A stretch of 64,000 nucleotides of DNA from Octopus sinensis (taxonomy: Eukaryota): positions 136,834,001 through 136,898,000 of the forward strand of contig NC_042999.1 of assembly GCF_006345805.1 (NCBI RefSeq). The letters run 5' to 3'. This document shows, piece after piece, positions 12,684 to 25,396 of the stretch; the first letter of the stretch is position 1, and each line of letters begins with the position of its first letter. Position numbers and translations under genes: made by a program. Under the pieces are notes generated by a model, which ran no database searches, was not told the DNA's origin, and worked only from the letters and a program-made list of their open reading frames with translations.

Positions 12684-12879
12684 AAGGCAGCAAGCTGGCA
12701 GAATTGTTAGCACACTGGGCTAAATGCTTAGCAGCATTTTGTCTGTCTTCATGTTCTGAGGTCAGCTTTACCTTTCATCCTTTTGGGGTTAAAATAAGTA
12801 CCAATTGAGCTCTGGAGTTGATGTAATCAACTTAGTCCCTCTCCCAAAACTGCTGGCCTTGTGTCAAAATTTGAAACCA
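12684..12879 (+). mobile_element. SINE family A
   Basis: AAGGCAGCAAGCTGGCAGAATTGTTAGCAC head and tail ...CTGGCCTTGTGTCAAAATTTGAAACC. Confidence 0.82.
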
Positions 12880-13917
12880 CTATTGTTGTTGTCATCGTCT
12901 CCTCCTCCGTCACCTCTTCAAAACATTGCAGGCAAAACATAGGAAATATTAGAATAAGTTTAGAAAAACATTAGTGAGAAAAATCTATTTAAAAACTCCA
13001 CATTGACAATGGAATTTTATTGATGTACCTCATAAATATCAATTATTGGATTAATTTTGATTAGAGATGTTGGTGTATTTCTTTTGATATTAAATTTTAA
13101 CGCATACATGCAGCTACTATATTTATGCAGCTTCAGCTACTTAATGTATACACACATCATATACACACACACACTCATTTACAAACATGCAGCCACATCT
13201 TAGATACTCATGTGTTGTAACATACAATTGAATATGCACATATTCATACAGACACATATCTATACATAAAGATGTTTTCACACAGATACCCACCAACAAC
13301 TTGAAGTTGAGAATTTTAAGTGTTGTGTATATTTTATATGCTTCAGTAGATTTATTTGCGTTTGTGTGTTTATGATGATGATGTATGTATATAGATGCAT
13401 GTTGTGTCTGTGTGTGTATCTGTGTACACACACACACACACGCACGATTAACATTATCATCATTTTAATGTCAATTTTTCCATGTTTGATGAATCAGACA
13501 GAATTCATTGAGGCAAATTTTCTATAACCATATACCCTTCCTGTTGACAACCTTCACCTCTTTCTAAGAACATAATGTTTCTTCAAGGCAATGCCCCAGC
13601 AGCATGGAAAACGGACGCTAAATGATGATGATGATGATGATGATGTGTATATGTTCCTGAAAAAAGGAGATATGAAAAGATCATCAGATTTAGACTGAAC
13701 ACCCTATATAATATATGTATCATCATCATTTAATGTCTTTTTCCATGCTGGCATGACAGGGGCTAGCCAGCCTCCAGTTGTCAGTTGTGGCATGGCCTCT
13801 ATGGCTGGATGCCCTTCCTAACACCAACCACTTTATAAAGTGTGCTGGTGCAGTTTGTGTGCCACCTGCACAGGTAGGTTAATGCAACACTGGCACGAGT
13901 GCATATATATATATATA

Positions 13918-13965
<48 letters not shown>

Positions 13966-14384
13966 CATACACACACATATACAGACATGCATATTTAATA
14001 CATCTTTGATTAAAATCAAAGTAATAATGATGGAATTGTGTACACATTTATGATGAGGAATATGATTTTGTGTATGCATGTGTACACTTCTATGTATATG
14101 TATATCTGTGTGTTTGTATGTATATATATATAATTCACACACACACTCACTCAGTTGGTAATGAACACAGGATCATGTTTGTATGCATATTTATAAAGTC
14201 TTGTGCTCAGTTATATACAATACAGCTTTCATATTCACCCACATACAGAGATGATTTAATTAATGTGTGTGTATTGTTTATATCATGGAGCCAAAGTGAG
14301 TTGTTTTTGTCCCATCTATTGTCTGCTACAAAAGATAGGGTTACTGATTGGTTTTCTTGCTTTTTTTTTTGCTTTTTTGTTTAG

Positions 14385-14481
14385 GTGGATAATTATGAAC
14401 CTGCAATTTTTAAAGCAAATGTGGGAGACCAAGTTGACTCTATCCTTGACAAACCAGCTATCATGTACATTGGCAGAAACA
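14385..14481 (+). CDS. Nrx-IV: Neurexin IV/Caspr-like exon D (laminin-G)
   Basis: Long T tract then ttag|GTG ... AACA|gtgagt, 97 nt, phase 0-1. Encodes VDNYEPAIFKANVGDQVDSILDKPAIMYIGRN; VDNYEP and MYIG.N match Nrx-IV. Confidence 0.92.
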
Positions 14482-15204
14482 GTGAGTTTCATAATGTATT
14501 AGTATGAATGTGGACTGTAGTTGGCTGAGGTGATGATGTTGGTAGTTGTATTGCAACTAGTTTTGAGTGCACATCTCTTACATGGAGAGCTACTCTTTAA
14601 ATCTGTGAAATTAAATGTCATGGTTATTCCAGTAATGATGTTAGATATTTACCTAAAAATAGAATTGGTATTTTCTGCAAGTTATATTGCTTCAATAAAC
14701 TTGATGGATCTGAGTGGAAAATAGTTTCAAACATGACATTCCTCAAAAAAAAAAAAAAAAAAGATAGATTGATATATTAAGCTGCTTTCTGCAGTTAAGG
14801 GTAATGTAATTTTGAGTGGATATATCTGATATATGGGTACAGAAAAAGATGGAGATGATAATTGTACTTGGTAGCAGAGTGAGTGGTGGTATAGTCTCAT
14901 ATTGGTATGGATGGATTGAGGATGATACCATTGACAGGAGTATTGATGTTGATTCTGAGAATGGTAGTTTTGTAGATAGAGATGAAAATGTTAGAGATGC
15001 TATTTCTGTTAGTGTGTGGGTGTAGGTGCTGTGCAGGCTGATGGGTTTCTTTGTGTCTAAATGTTTGTAAATATGTCACTTTAATTAAACTGTAGCAACA
15101 TAAATAAGTGGAGAGAGAGATGGATATTTAGGCTTAAAGATATAAAGAACAGCAAACAGAAAAGATTTTATCAATTTTTATCTCAGAATAATTTACATTT
15201 CCAG

Positions 15205-15251
<47 letters not shown>

Positions 15252-15830
15252 GCTTACACCATGGTCACTGTGATTCAGTAAAGCATGAATTCATTAAACT
15301 TCATCAGAGAAGAAATCACTGTGTCAATGTTGTAAGAATACAATACAAATTAATATAAGTATACAATATTCTGTTTTTAATATTGAGTTCATTCTTACTT
15401 GTGAACTACTACACTGACAAGAATAGAAATATATGTGTATGGTTCTTCTAATTTGTGTCTTCCTTTGCTTTTAATTTCATGACTATGATCATATAATAAT
15501 GATTATCATCATCAATATTATTATCATTGCTGTCATTTTTATAATTATTTTCATCACAGTCTTTGTTCTCATCACATTATTCCTGTCATGGTCATTATTC
15601 TCATCTTAATTATAATTTTCATCACACTGATCATTTAATATTCATGTGACAGAGAGACAAACAGATATAACAATAGTGAATATATTCTTCACTTAAAATG
15701 AAACAACCCATTATGATTTTGTCCTTGGAAAGAATCTGCAGATCCTATAACCAGTCTGATGTCTTGTGATTTCAGCCTAGTTGGGTATCATCACTCAGCT
15801 TATTCAAATATGAATGCTCTTACAGTACAG

Positions 15831-15862
<32 letters not shown>

Positions 15863-15865
<3 letters not shown>

Positions 15866-16093
15866 TACAAAATGGGACAAGTACGCAAAACATTCAAATA
15901 GATGATACAAAAACGGACGGTCATTCGAACCCTCTAATCTTCAGTCAAGAACCGGATCATCCTCGCAATTTCGGCTGATTCAAAATGCGAGGATGATCTG
16001 GTTCTTGACTGAAGATTAGAGGTTCCGAATGACCCGTCCGTTTTTTGTATCGTCTATTTGAATGTTTTGCGTTCTTGTCCCATTTTGTATTTT
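15863..16093. repeat. Palindromic element (~105-bp arms, 18-nt loop) between (TA)n tracts
   Basis: 15863-15967 is the reverse complement of 15986-16093 with only a handful of differences. Confidence 0.95.
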
Positions 16094-16133
16094 TATATAT
16101 ATATATTATTGCAGCATACGTACACCTTATTCT

Positions 16134-16205
<72 letters not shown>

Positions 16206-16371
16206 CTCATGTCTGTAATTATCAACATCTAGAATATATCAAATGGTGGTTCAGTGCATGGATATCATCATACAAGAAACCATCAAGCAAAGTTATATTT
16301 CTTCTAAAAATATTTGTGTATCTATAGTTCTTACTTTGTCAATAATGAGTTCACATACTTTCCACATGCCA

Positions 16372-17410
16372 TTGTTAGCATGTCGAGCGAAATGCTTAGC
16401 GATATTTCGCCTGTTGCTATGTTCTGAATTCAAATTCCACTGAGGTCAACTTTGCCTTTCATCCTTTCAGGGTCGATAAGATAAATACCAGCTGTAGGCT
16501 GAGGCTGTTGTAATCGACTCATCCCCTCCCCCAAAATTGCTGTCCTTGTGGGAAAATTTGAGACCATTATTATTATTATAACAATAAAGACAGCTAACTG
16601 GCAGAATCAATAGCATGCCAGACAAAATGCTTAGTGGCATTTCATCCATCATTACTTTCTGAGTTCAAATTCCACCAAGGTCAACTCTGCCTTTTATCCT
16701 TCCAGGGTTGATGAAATAGGTACCAGATGAGCACAGGGGATCAATGTAGTCAACTCTCTACTCCTCCAAAATTTCTGGTCTTGTACCTATAATAAAAAGG
16801 ATTCTTCTTCTTGTTATTATTACTATTAAGGCAGAAAACTAGCAGAATCATTAGCACACTAGACGAAATGCTTAGCAGTATTTCGCCCATCTGAGTTCTG
16901 CTCTGAGTTCAAATTCTGCTAAGTTCGACTTTGCCTTTCATACTTTTGGGGTTATTATTACTACTGCTACCACTACAAAGGTGGCAAAATAGCAAAATCA
17001 TTAGCATACCTGACAAAATAATTTGTGGCATTTCATCCATCTCTATGTTCTGAGTTCTCATTCCACTCAGGTTGATTTCACTTTAGCCAAGTACTGAAGT
17101 TAATGAAATTCACTTACCCGCTCCCCAAAATTGCTGGCCTTGTACCAAAATTTGAAATTATTGTTATTATTATTACTACTACTTCTACTACAAAGATGGC
17201 AAGCTGGCAGAATCGTTAGCATGCCTGGCAAAATACTTAGTGGCATTTTACCCGTGTTTATGTTCTAAATTCAAATGCTGCCAAGGTTGGCTTTACCTTT
17301 CATCCTTTCAGAGTCAGTAAATTAAGTATCACTGAAACACTGGGGTCGATGTAACTGACTAGTCCCTTCCCCACAAATTTCAGGCCTTGTGTCTTTAATA
17401 GAAAGGATAA
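16372..17410 (+). mobile_element. Five head-to-tail SINE family A copies
   Basis: Copies at ~16372, 16586, 16828, 16978 and 17193, each with the TTAGCA...AAAT.CTTAG...TTCTGAGTTCAAATTC body (degenerate in some) and separated by ATT/ACT runs. Confidence 0.85.
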
Positions 17411-17439
17411 TGATTATTATTATTATTATTATTATTATT

Positions 17440-17727
17440 GTCTTTGCAAAGCTTCTAACACTGGAGATGTACTACAGTGTCAGCTGTTCACTACCAGTGA
17501 ACTAAGGTAACACCTCTTATTTTTCGAGCACCTTTCAGAGTATTCAAGTGGTTCCAAGCAGTGCTGTTTTGTGCGAGTGCTCCACCCTTGTTGCAGCCTC
17601 TATTTGTTCCATGTACTTCTCAAGATTTTTGCTCACTGTTCCCAGGGCTCCAATAATTATTGGTACCACTACCACCTTTTTCATCAACCAAAATTGCTTA
17701 ACCTCTCAAGCTAACCTGTCAAATCTA
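17440..17727 (-). mobile_element. R4/Dong-like (RLE) non-LTR retrotransposon 3' fragment
   Basis: RFDRLA*EVKQFWLMKKVVVVPIIIGALGTVSKNLEKY...KTALLGTT*IL*KVLEK*, the C-terminal pattern of RLE elements. (ATT)n on both sides. Confidence 0.8.
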
Positions 17728-17769
17728 TATTATTATTATTATCATTATTATTATTATTATTATTATTAT

Positions 17770-17945
17770 TAGCAACATTTTTTTCTGACTTTACATTCTG
17801 AGTTCAGATTCCACCAATGCCAAATTGGCCATTCATTCTTTTGGGGTCAATAAAGTATGTGCCAGTTGAGCACTGGGGTTAATGTAATTGACAACTCCCT
17901 GCTCCAAAATTTGAGGCTTTGTGCCTATAGTAGAAAGAATTATTA
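17770..17945 (+). mobile_element. SINE family A, 5'-truncated
   Basis: TTCTGAGTTCAGATTCC ... GGCTTTGTGCCTATAGTAGAAAG(ATT)n. Confidence 0.8.
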
Positions 17946-17955
17946 TTATTATTAT

Positions 17956-18498
17956 TGAGTGAGAGAGCAATGCATGCCATCAAAGTGACACTGGGGTAAA
18001 ATATACGATGCCCAGTATACCCATCATAACTACCCGTGTGATAAGGGTACACTAGGCACATGCATCACAACCATATGTTTATCATATCAAGATAAACAGC
18101 ACATGACCTTGCAGGTGAGGCCCAGTTAGAATTTTCTTCTGGTCAAGTAATCCATCCCGCTCAAAAGGTCCCTGAATAAGGGTTGTTTAAGGATGTTGAA
18201 CAAAACACCCATGTTTCCAGAGGTGAATTATTCAAACTCCAAAGAATCCCTCTCAACACATGGCTATGATGCTCCCCCACTACTTCTGCTCGTGATCAGA
18301 GATGCACATATCGTCAGCCACTAAGGGACATGCTCAACTGGTTACGGTCAAACAACTGACAAGCAAATCTGTGGTGTTGAGTAGAATATTTGCTGTAGCC
18401 CATCTTTTATACCAAGACAAAACAATGTACATGATAACACTTCCAATCAGTTAAGATCAGAAGCCACGAGAGCCACTGTGTGGTACTGCATCAGGGCA
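17956..18498. mobile_element. Unclassified ~540-bp non-coding insertion bounded by (ATT)n
   Basis: GC-richer block with sharp ends at ATT arrays; no ORF recognised. Confidence 0.5.
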
Positions 18499-18522
18499 TT
18501 TATTATTATTATTATTATTATT

Positions 18523-19408
18523 TTACTTCTCAGAACTCTTGGTCTTACTTGCTCTGCTTGATTCTTTGAGAGCAGGCAGCAACCTATTGTCAGAGTTCTC
18601 ATAGGGTCTCTTTCAATAAATTATAAGCTTTGGTACTTGGAAGTTAACTTATTGTGGAAGACATTCAACACCCGAACACCTATCTCAGAATCCTAGGTGT
18701 CCCCAGTAGAGGAGTTTTTTGGGGCCTGCTCTGCCCTCATGCCAATTCCAATTTCTCAAACCTGGTTGATAGTGCTCCACTTATCCCTACAACTACTGGG
18801 ATAACAGTTACTCTCTTCATTGCCCACATTCTTGCAACTTATCTTTTAGTAGTTCCATCTTTTCCAGCTCTTTGTCATCTATGCATGCATCCCCAGGTAT
18901 AGTAGTATCTATGATCTTGGTTTCCTTTTTTCTTTTATCTGCCACTATTGGGGAGTCACATCGGATTTTAAAATCCCACAAGATCTTATATTCATTGTTC
19001 TCAGTGGTGCCCTCTGGTTCATGTTTGTACCATTTCTGTGTTGTATCCAGACTGTATTTTGCTTACAGCCTCTAGTAAATAAACTTAACCACATTATCAT
19101 GCCTCCCTTTGTAGAGTTTTTGGTCCAGCTTGCTACACTCCCTCACAATATGTGAGATAGTTTCATTTTTGCTGCCACACATCCTACAAAGGGTGATCCA
19201 CTCTCTTATGTATTTGGAATTTGGTGTAAGTAGTTCTCAAGTCTTGTTCCTGGGCACTGCACATCAGTGCCTCAGTGCATCCTTTCAGATCACTTTTTCT
19301 TAACCATTTCCAAGTGTTGGTCTTGTTTTTCCCTTCTATTTCCCTGAGGTATTGCCCATGCATTGTTTTCATTTTCCAGTTGTTTATTCTTTGTTCTTCA
19401 TCTTGTTA
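18523..19408 (-). mobile_element. R4/Dong-like retrotransposon 3' portion (CCHC knuckle + RLE), decayed
   Basis: MHGQYLRE..TWKWLRKSDLKGCTEALMCSAQEQ..., CRMCGSKNETISHIVREC (CX2CX8HX4C), KILWDFKI, IIDTTIPGD, PLLGTPRILR. Stops and frameshifts; 3' end abuts (AAT)n. Confidence 0.85.
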
Positions 19409-21109
19409 ACACTGGGGTCAATGTAATCAACTAGTCCCTTCACCCAAAATTTCAGGCCTTGTACCTTTAGGAGAAAGGATTATTATTATCAAGGACATTG
19501 ATTTAGCAAGATTGTTAAAGTGATGGACAATATTCTTTGTGATGTTTGTTCCAGCACTTTATTTGTAAGTTCAAATCCCATCATGGTCAACTTTTCATTT
19601 CATCCTTCTAGAACTGATAAAATACCAGCTAATACAAGAGTTGCTATCGTAAATTGCTCCCCCACAACCTAATTTTCTGACAAAGTTTGAACTCTCAGCC
19701 ATGTGTTCAGTACTGTAACCTGTTAACCTCCAAGCCATTATACCATTTATTTTCAGTATATCTAATCTCATGCCCTTCAATTCTTGTTCTTATTTTATAC
19801 CACAAAATTATAGTTTATTCATTTCTCATTAGATTCTGAGTTATAATGATGAGAGCCTCTGACACTGATATATAATTTCCAGAATATTTGTTGCAGCTAT
19901 TAGTTCTGTTTTTCTTTCACAGGACAAAATTTAATTTTATCAGATTAAGTAATAATGATGATAGAAATAGAAATAATAATGATTTTCATGATGCGATGGT
20001 GATAGCTAAGAAAAATTATTTGATTTTTCATCATCATCGTTTTGTTTTTATTGTTGTTATTGTAGTTAGTGTTGATGGTAGTGTTCTTATTTATTCATTT
20101 TTATGCCTAGCCAATTCAGTTTCAAGCATGATCATTTATCATCCCATTAAATGAGTGAATCTGTGAATACAATTCTTGTCCATGTGAACATTAGTCAGTT
20201 AAAAAAAAAATACAAAAATGTTTATGAAGATTTTTGTATTTTAACAGAAATCAATGAGATGAGAAAAATCTTAATTTGTTTTTAATGCCAATTAAGGTAG
20301 AGAGGTTGTGAGTTAAAGATACTACGCTATTTACCACAAGATCATGATTTTAATTCTGCTATATCTTTGGAAGTGCTTACTTATTTTGAAGATTTTTTAT
20401 GCAAATATAGAAATACACAAAATTCTGATAGTTTGTCAATTTTTACTATTGTTAACAGCTTTCTTAACTTCGCTTATGTAAGAACAAATATCTTCTTGTA
20501 TAATAAGGTTGTAGGGGTGCTAAAACTGTAATTAAAGATTGCTGATAATTATCTTTGCAATGTAATGTAATTCCAAGAATATCTTGCTACATGGTAACAG
20601 AATGTCAGAGAAAGAGGCGATTTACCTCTTTTTTCTAAACAGTAAAATTAGATTTTTAAAAAGGAAAAATACAAATAAACACTATCCTTCATAAAGCTTC
20701 TTAAAATTCTTGGAAAATATTAAATTGTTCCAAATTTGTTTATCCATCCCATTAACTGTGTTTTTAAGTCCCAGCAAACCTAAGATCAAAGACAATTCCA
20801 TTCATGGCCATCCTACCTTTTTATAGGTTTCTGAGACAATATTATTTAATGTCCTCATGATCTTTTAAGGTGACAGGGTGTGAAGTGAGGGATATTTAGC
20901 TGCTATTTCTAACAGGCTGTGCAGTCCCACATTAGCTTACTCATGACTATGTTGATAGAATATTTAGCTATTAGCTCAAAATTTACACCTTATTATCCAG
21001 TCCCCATTTACATCTAAAATAGCTCTAACTGTAAATAGGTATTACCTGGCGATACAGTTCATAAATCCAAATAACTCATATATCACTGACTGTTTACTCA
21101 TATCAGTCT

Positions 21110-21253
21110 CAGCATTTTAACCAGCCATATTCAGCCCAAATATTCTACGTGTTTTATGTTCAAACCATCAAGATCTAGCCTTTCACACCTATCCTACAAT
21201 GTCATTCTAAAAATAAACAATCACGTCAAAATCTCTTAATGTTAAAAGGTTAA
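21110..21253. mobile_element. MITE family F, internally deleted copy
   Basis: Family core plus the AATGTTAAAAGG-TTAA end. Confidence 0.7.
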
Positions 21254-22395
21254 GCCAAGAGAACTACGAAAAGCCTTCACTCCCACCTCTCTTTTATTAA
21301 TCATCCATATTTGAAACACTGGGTTCTCTGCATCAGTCTGTTATACAACTCAGGAGAGTTAGTGTAAACATGTTTTCATAAGCTACAGTTATCTGGACTG
21401 TGTGGTAGCATTGTTCCAGCAGCAAAAGATGCTTATACAACTGAACTCCAGCTACCCAATATGTCACCTTGTGTTTCCATATCTCTGAAATAGAGGTTTT
21501 TTTTTTTCTTCCTTTTTCTTCTTTGTCTTAAACATGGATTGAAGTACTCAGGTAGTATAACTGGGCTTGCAGTGCAAAGATATCTCTTGAATGCATCATT
21601 TGTCTGCCTACTACCAGTTTTGAACCAAGGATAAGTAGTTTACTAACAAACACTTCTACCACGACTTCTTTACTTATATTTCAACCTCTGAAAAATCAGC
21701 AACTTCAATATCAGATTATCAAGTTGACTGCAATAGTATAGAATTGACATTTTATTAATTTTCGGCTGTACTTGTGGATATATTTTCGACAAGAACCAAC
21801 CCTACCATGCTGATTTTTCTAGATACACTATATAAAGACAGTTTTTAGTGCTACCCAGTATCACCTCAGCAGTGATAAAACTCATCATAAGAATCAGTTA
21901 ATAGGTTAGGATTGAATGAAAGCTCTATGAACTGTCCTATACAGAGATCTCACATCATTTACAACAAATAAAATAAGCAACTAACTTCAACTCGTTAGCA
22001 GATACCTAGATTGCCACTTGTGAACTTTCAGACAGACCTTCTTGCAGTATAATGGATGATACCTGACATCTCATACCACATAGTTAACTAATAGTATTGA
22101 GTGACATTTAAAATATTCAGGCTTTTGAGAGGGAGAGGTCACTTTATGCTGTGTTGAAAGACTAAGGTTTGATAGAGAGACAAGCACACATGTCTTGTTG
22201 TAGAGAAGATACATGGCTACCCAACACTATATGGAGCTGGATGGGGAGTAATAGTGAAGGGGATAAAAGAAGGTAGTGGTAGAGTGCTAGTGCAAACTCA
22301 AGATAAAAGGTGAACATGAAACAGGATATGGACAGTGAGTGAGGAGAAGAAAGTGTGTATATGTATGTGTGTGTGTGTATATATAGACTCATGTA

Positions 22396-22400
<5 letters not shown>

Positions 22401-22429
<29 letters not shown>

Positions 22430-22459
22430 TACCAAGATTCAATAACCATATGTGTGTGC

Positions 22460-22506
<47 letters not shown>

Positions 22507-22872
22507 ATGTATATATATGTATATGTATATGTATATATATATGTATATATATATGTATATATATATGTATATATATATGTATATATATATGTATATATAT
22601 ATGTATATATATATGTATATATATGTATATATATGTATATATATATATGTATATGTATATATATGTATATGTATATATATATATATGTATATATATATGT
22701 ATATATATATGTATATATATATGTATATATATATGTATATATATGTATATATATATATGTATATATATATATGTATATATATATATATGTATATATATAT
22801 ATGTATATATATATATGTATATATATATATATGTATATATATATAATATGTATATATATATATATATGTATG

Positions 22873-22923
<51 letters not shown>

Positions 22924-23334
22924 GTATATGTATATATATATATGTGAATGTATATGTATATATATGTATATGTATATATGTATATGTATATATGTATATA
23001 TATATGTATTGTATATATGTATATGTATATATGTATATGTATATATGTATATATATATATGTATATGTATATATGTATATATATATATGTATATGTATAT
23101 ATGTATATGTATATATGTATATGTATATATGTATATGTATATATGTATATATATATATGTATATGTATATATGTATATATATATATATGTATATGTATAT
23201 ATGTATATATATATGTATATATGTATATATGTATATATATGTATATATGTATATATATATAGTAATATATATGTATATATGTATATATATATATGTATAT
23301 TATGTATATATATATGTATATATGTATATATATG

Positions 23335-23429
<95 letters not shown>

Positions 23430-23514
23430 ATATGTATATATATATATGTATATATGTATATATATATATGTATATATGTATATATATATATGTATATATA
23501 TATATGTATATATG

Positions 23515-23547
<33 letters not shown>

Positions 23548-23599
23548 GTATATATATATGTATATGTATATATTGTATATATGTATATGTATATGTATA

Positions 23600-23640
<41 letters not shown>

Positions 23641-23641
23641 A

Positions 23642-23682
<41 letters not shown>

Positions 23683-23713
23683 ATATATGTATATGTATAT
23701 GTATATGTATATA

Positions 23714-23748
<35 letters not shown>

Positions 23749-24259
23749 ATGTATATATATGTATATGTATATGTATATGTATATATATGTATATGTATAT
23801 GTATATGTATATATGTATATGTATATGTATATATGTATATGTATATATGTATATATATGTATATGTATATGTATATGTATATATGTATATATATGTATAT
23901 GTATATATATATGTATATATATGTATATGTATATATATATATGTATATATATGTATATGTATATATATATGTATATATATGTATATGTATATATATATGT
24001 ATATATATGTATATGTATATATATATGTATATATATATACATATACATATATATACATATATATATATGTATATGTATATATATATGTATATGTATATAT
24101 ATAGTATATATATATATATGTATGTATATATGTAATATATATATATATGTATATATATATGTATATATATATATATATATGTATGTATATATGTATATAT
24201 ATATATATATGTATGTATATATATGTATATATATATATATGTATGTGTATATATATATA

Positions 24260-24291
<32 letters not shown>

Positions 24292-24340
24292 TATATCAAC
24301 ATATATATCAAATATATTCACTCACACACACACATATGGT
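22401..24340. repeat. ~1.9-kb (TA)n/(TATG)n microsatellite array
   Basis: Read directly; source of the long YI/MY/IC pseudo-ORFs. Confidence 0.98.
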
Positions 24341-25360
24341 TATTGAATATTGGTAATTTTACAACTACTAGATAAATCATTGACTTGAGCAACAGCAATT
24401 AAATAGCATCATTTTGTTATTTCATTGCTCTTCTTGAATTCTGAGTCATGTATGAGGTAAACATGATTAGAGACCTTACACCTAAAGCTGTTCTCATTAA
24501 CAAGCTCAGAAAAAAATGATGAACATTTTAAATGGAACTCCACACTATCATAAATTACATGTATTATCTCTGAGAAAACAGAATTTCTTTCAATGTTATT
24601 ACTCATTAATACATTTGAAAAAAAATATTTCTTGTGAAAAGCATTCATTTTAGACTGTACTTCTATACATTTGAATTTGTATTTAACTTGTTCTGTCATT
24701 TCTGATAGCTTGAAGGTCTGAGGTAATTTGAATGATAAGTAAAAGGTAATTAACTAGTTTCGCATTTATTTTCTCTACAGGAACTTAAAACTTACTTTCA
24801 CAGATCTTTCTTAAGAGCATCCCCCTTGCCCCAGTTGCAATTCAATAGTTAATAGAAAAGGAAAAGGAGCACACATATCAACTCAGAAAAGAAACTTAAA
24901 TAAATTGCCAAAGGCTAACACACTAAATGATGCTTCATACTGAGCGTATTCCATATTTGTTGTCATCTCTAACAGCTGGAAAGGGAATTATTTAGCATAG
25001 TATGGTGGATCAGTGATTTACAACTGTATTTCCTGATTGCATCACGACAATAAAAACAAAAGGTACATTTCAGTTAAACACACACATACACACGTAAGAG
25101 TTCTTAAAGTTAAAAACATCAAAAAGTGTATTTGTTTGAAAATGTAGACACTTAAAATATTAAATAAATAAAAAGAATAACTGCAACTTCAAAGTTTAGT
25201 GCAGATCAGCTTGTCAAACACTGAATGTTGTTAGAAATATGAGAAATTATATAAGATGAAAAGGAGATAGTGGAAAAAGAAAATTTATTGAATATATATT
25301 TAGTAATTGGGAGAGCATATATATCTGTGTGTGTGTATATATAGTCATGTATGTATATAC

Positions 25361-25396
<36 letters not shown>

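Noticed and set aside
12432-12723. PolyQ/polyL/polyS/polyC ORFs
   Set aside because: All-frame read-through of an intronic triplet repeat.
16001-16040. Possible hammerhead ribozyme (CTGAAGA...GAA...GTC) in the palindrome arm
   Set aside because: The core reads GAAT rather than GAAA, and stems II and III cannot be drawn convincingly. A covariance-model search would be needed.
16372-17410. Repeat-spacer appearance (CRISPR-like) and tRNA-like heads
   Set aside because: These are diverged ~200-bp SINEs in a eukaryotic intron; there are no constant short repeats, cas genes or complete cloverleaves.
21300-22100. Possible very old L2/Crack-type LINE relic
   Set aside because: Only vague motif echoes; cannot be supported without profile searches.
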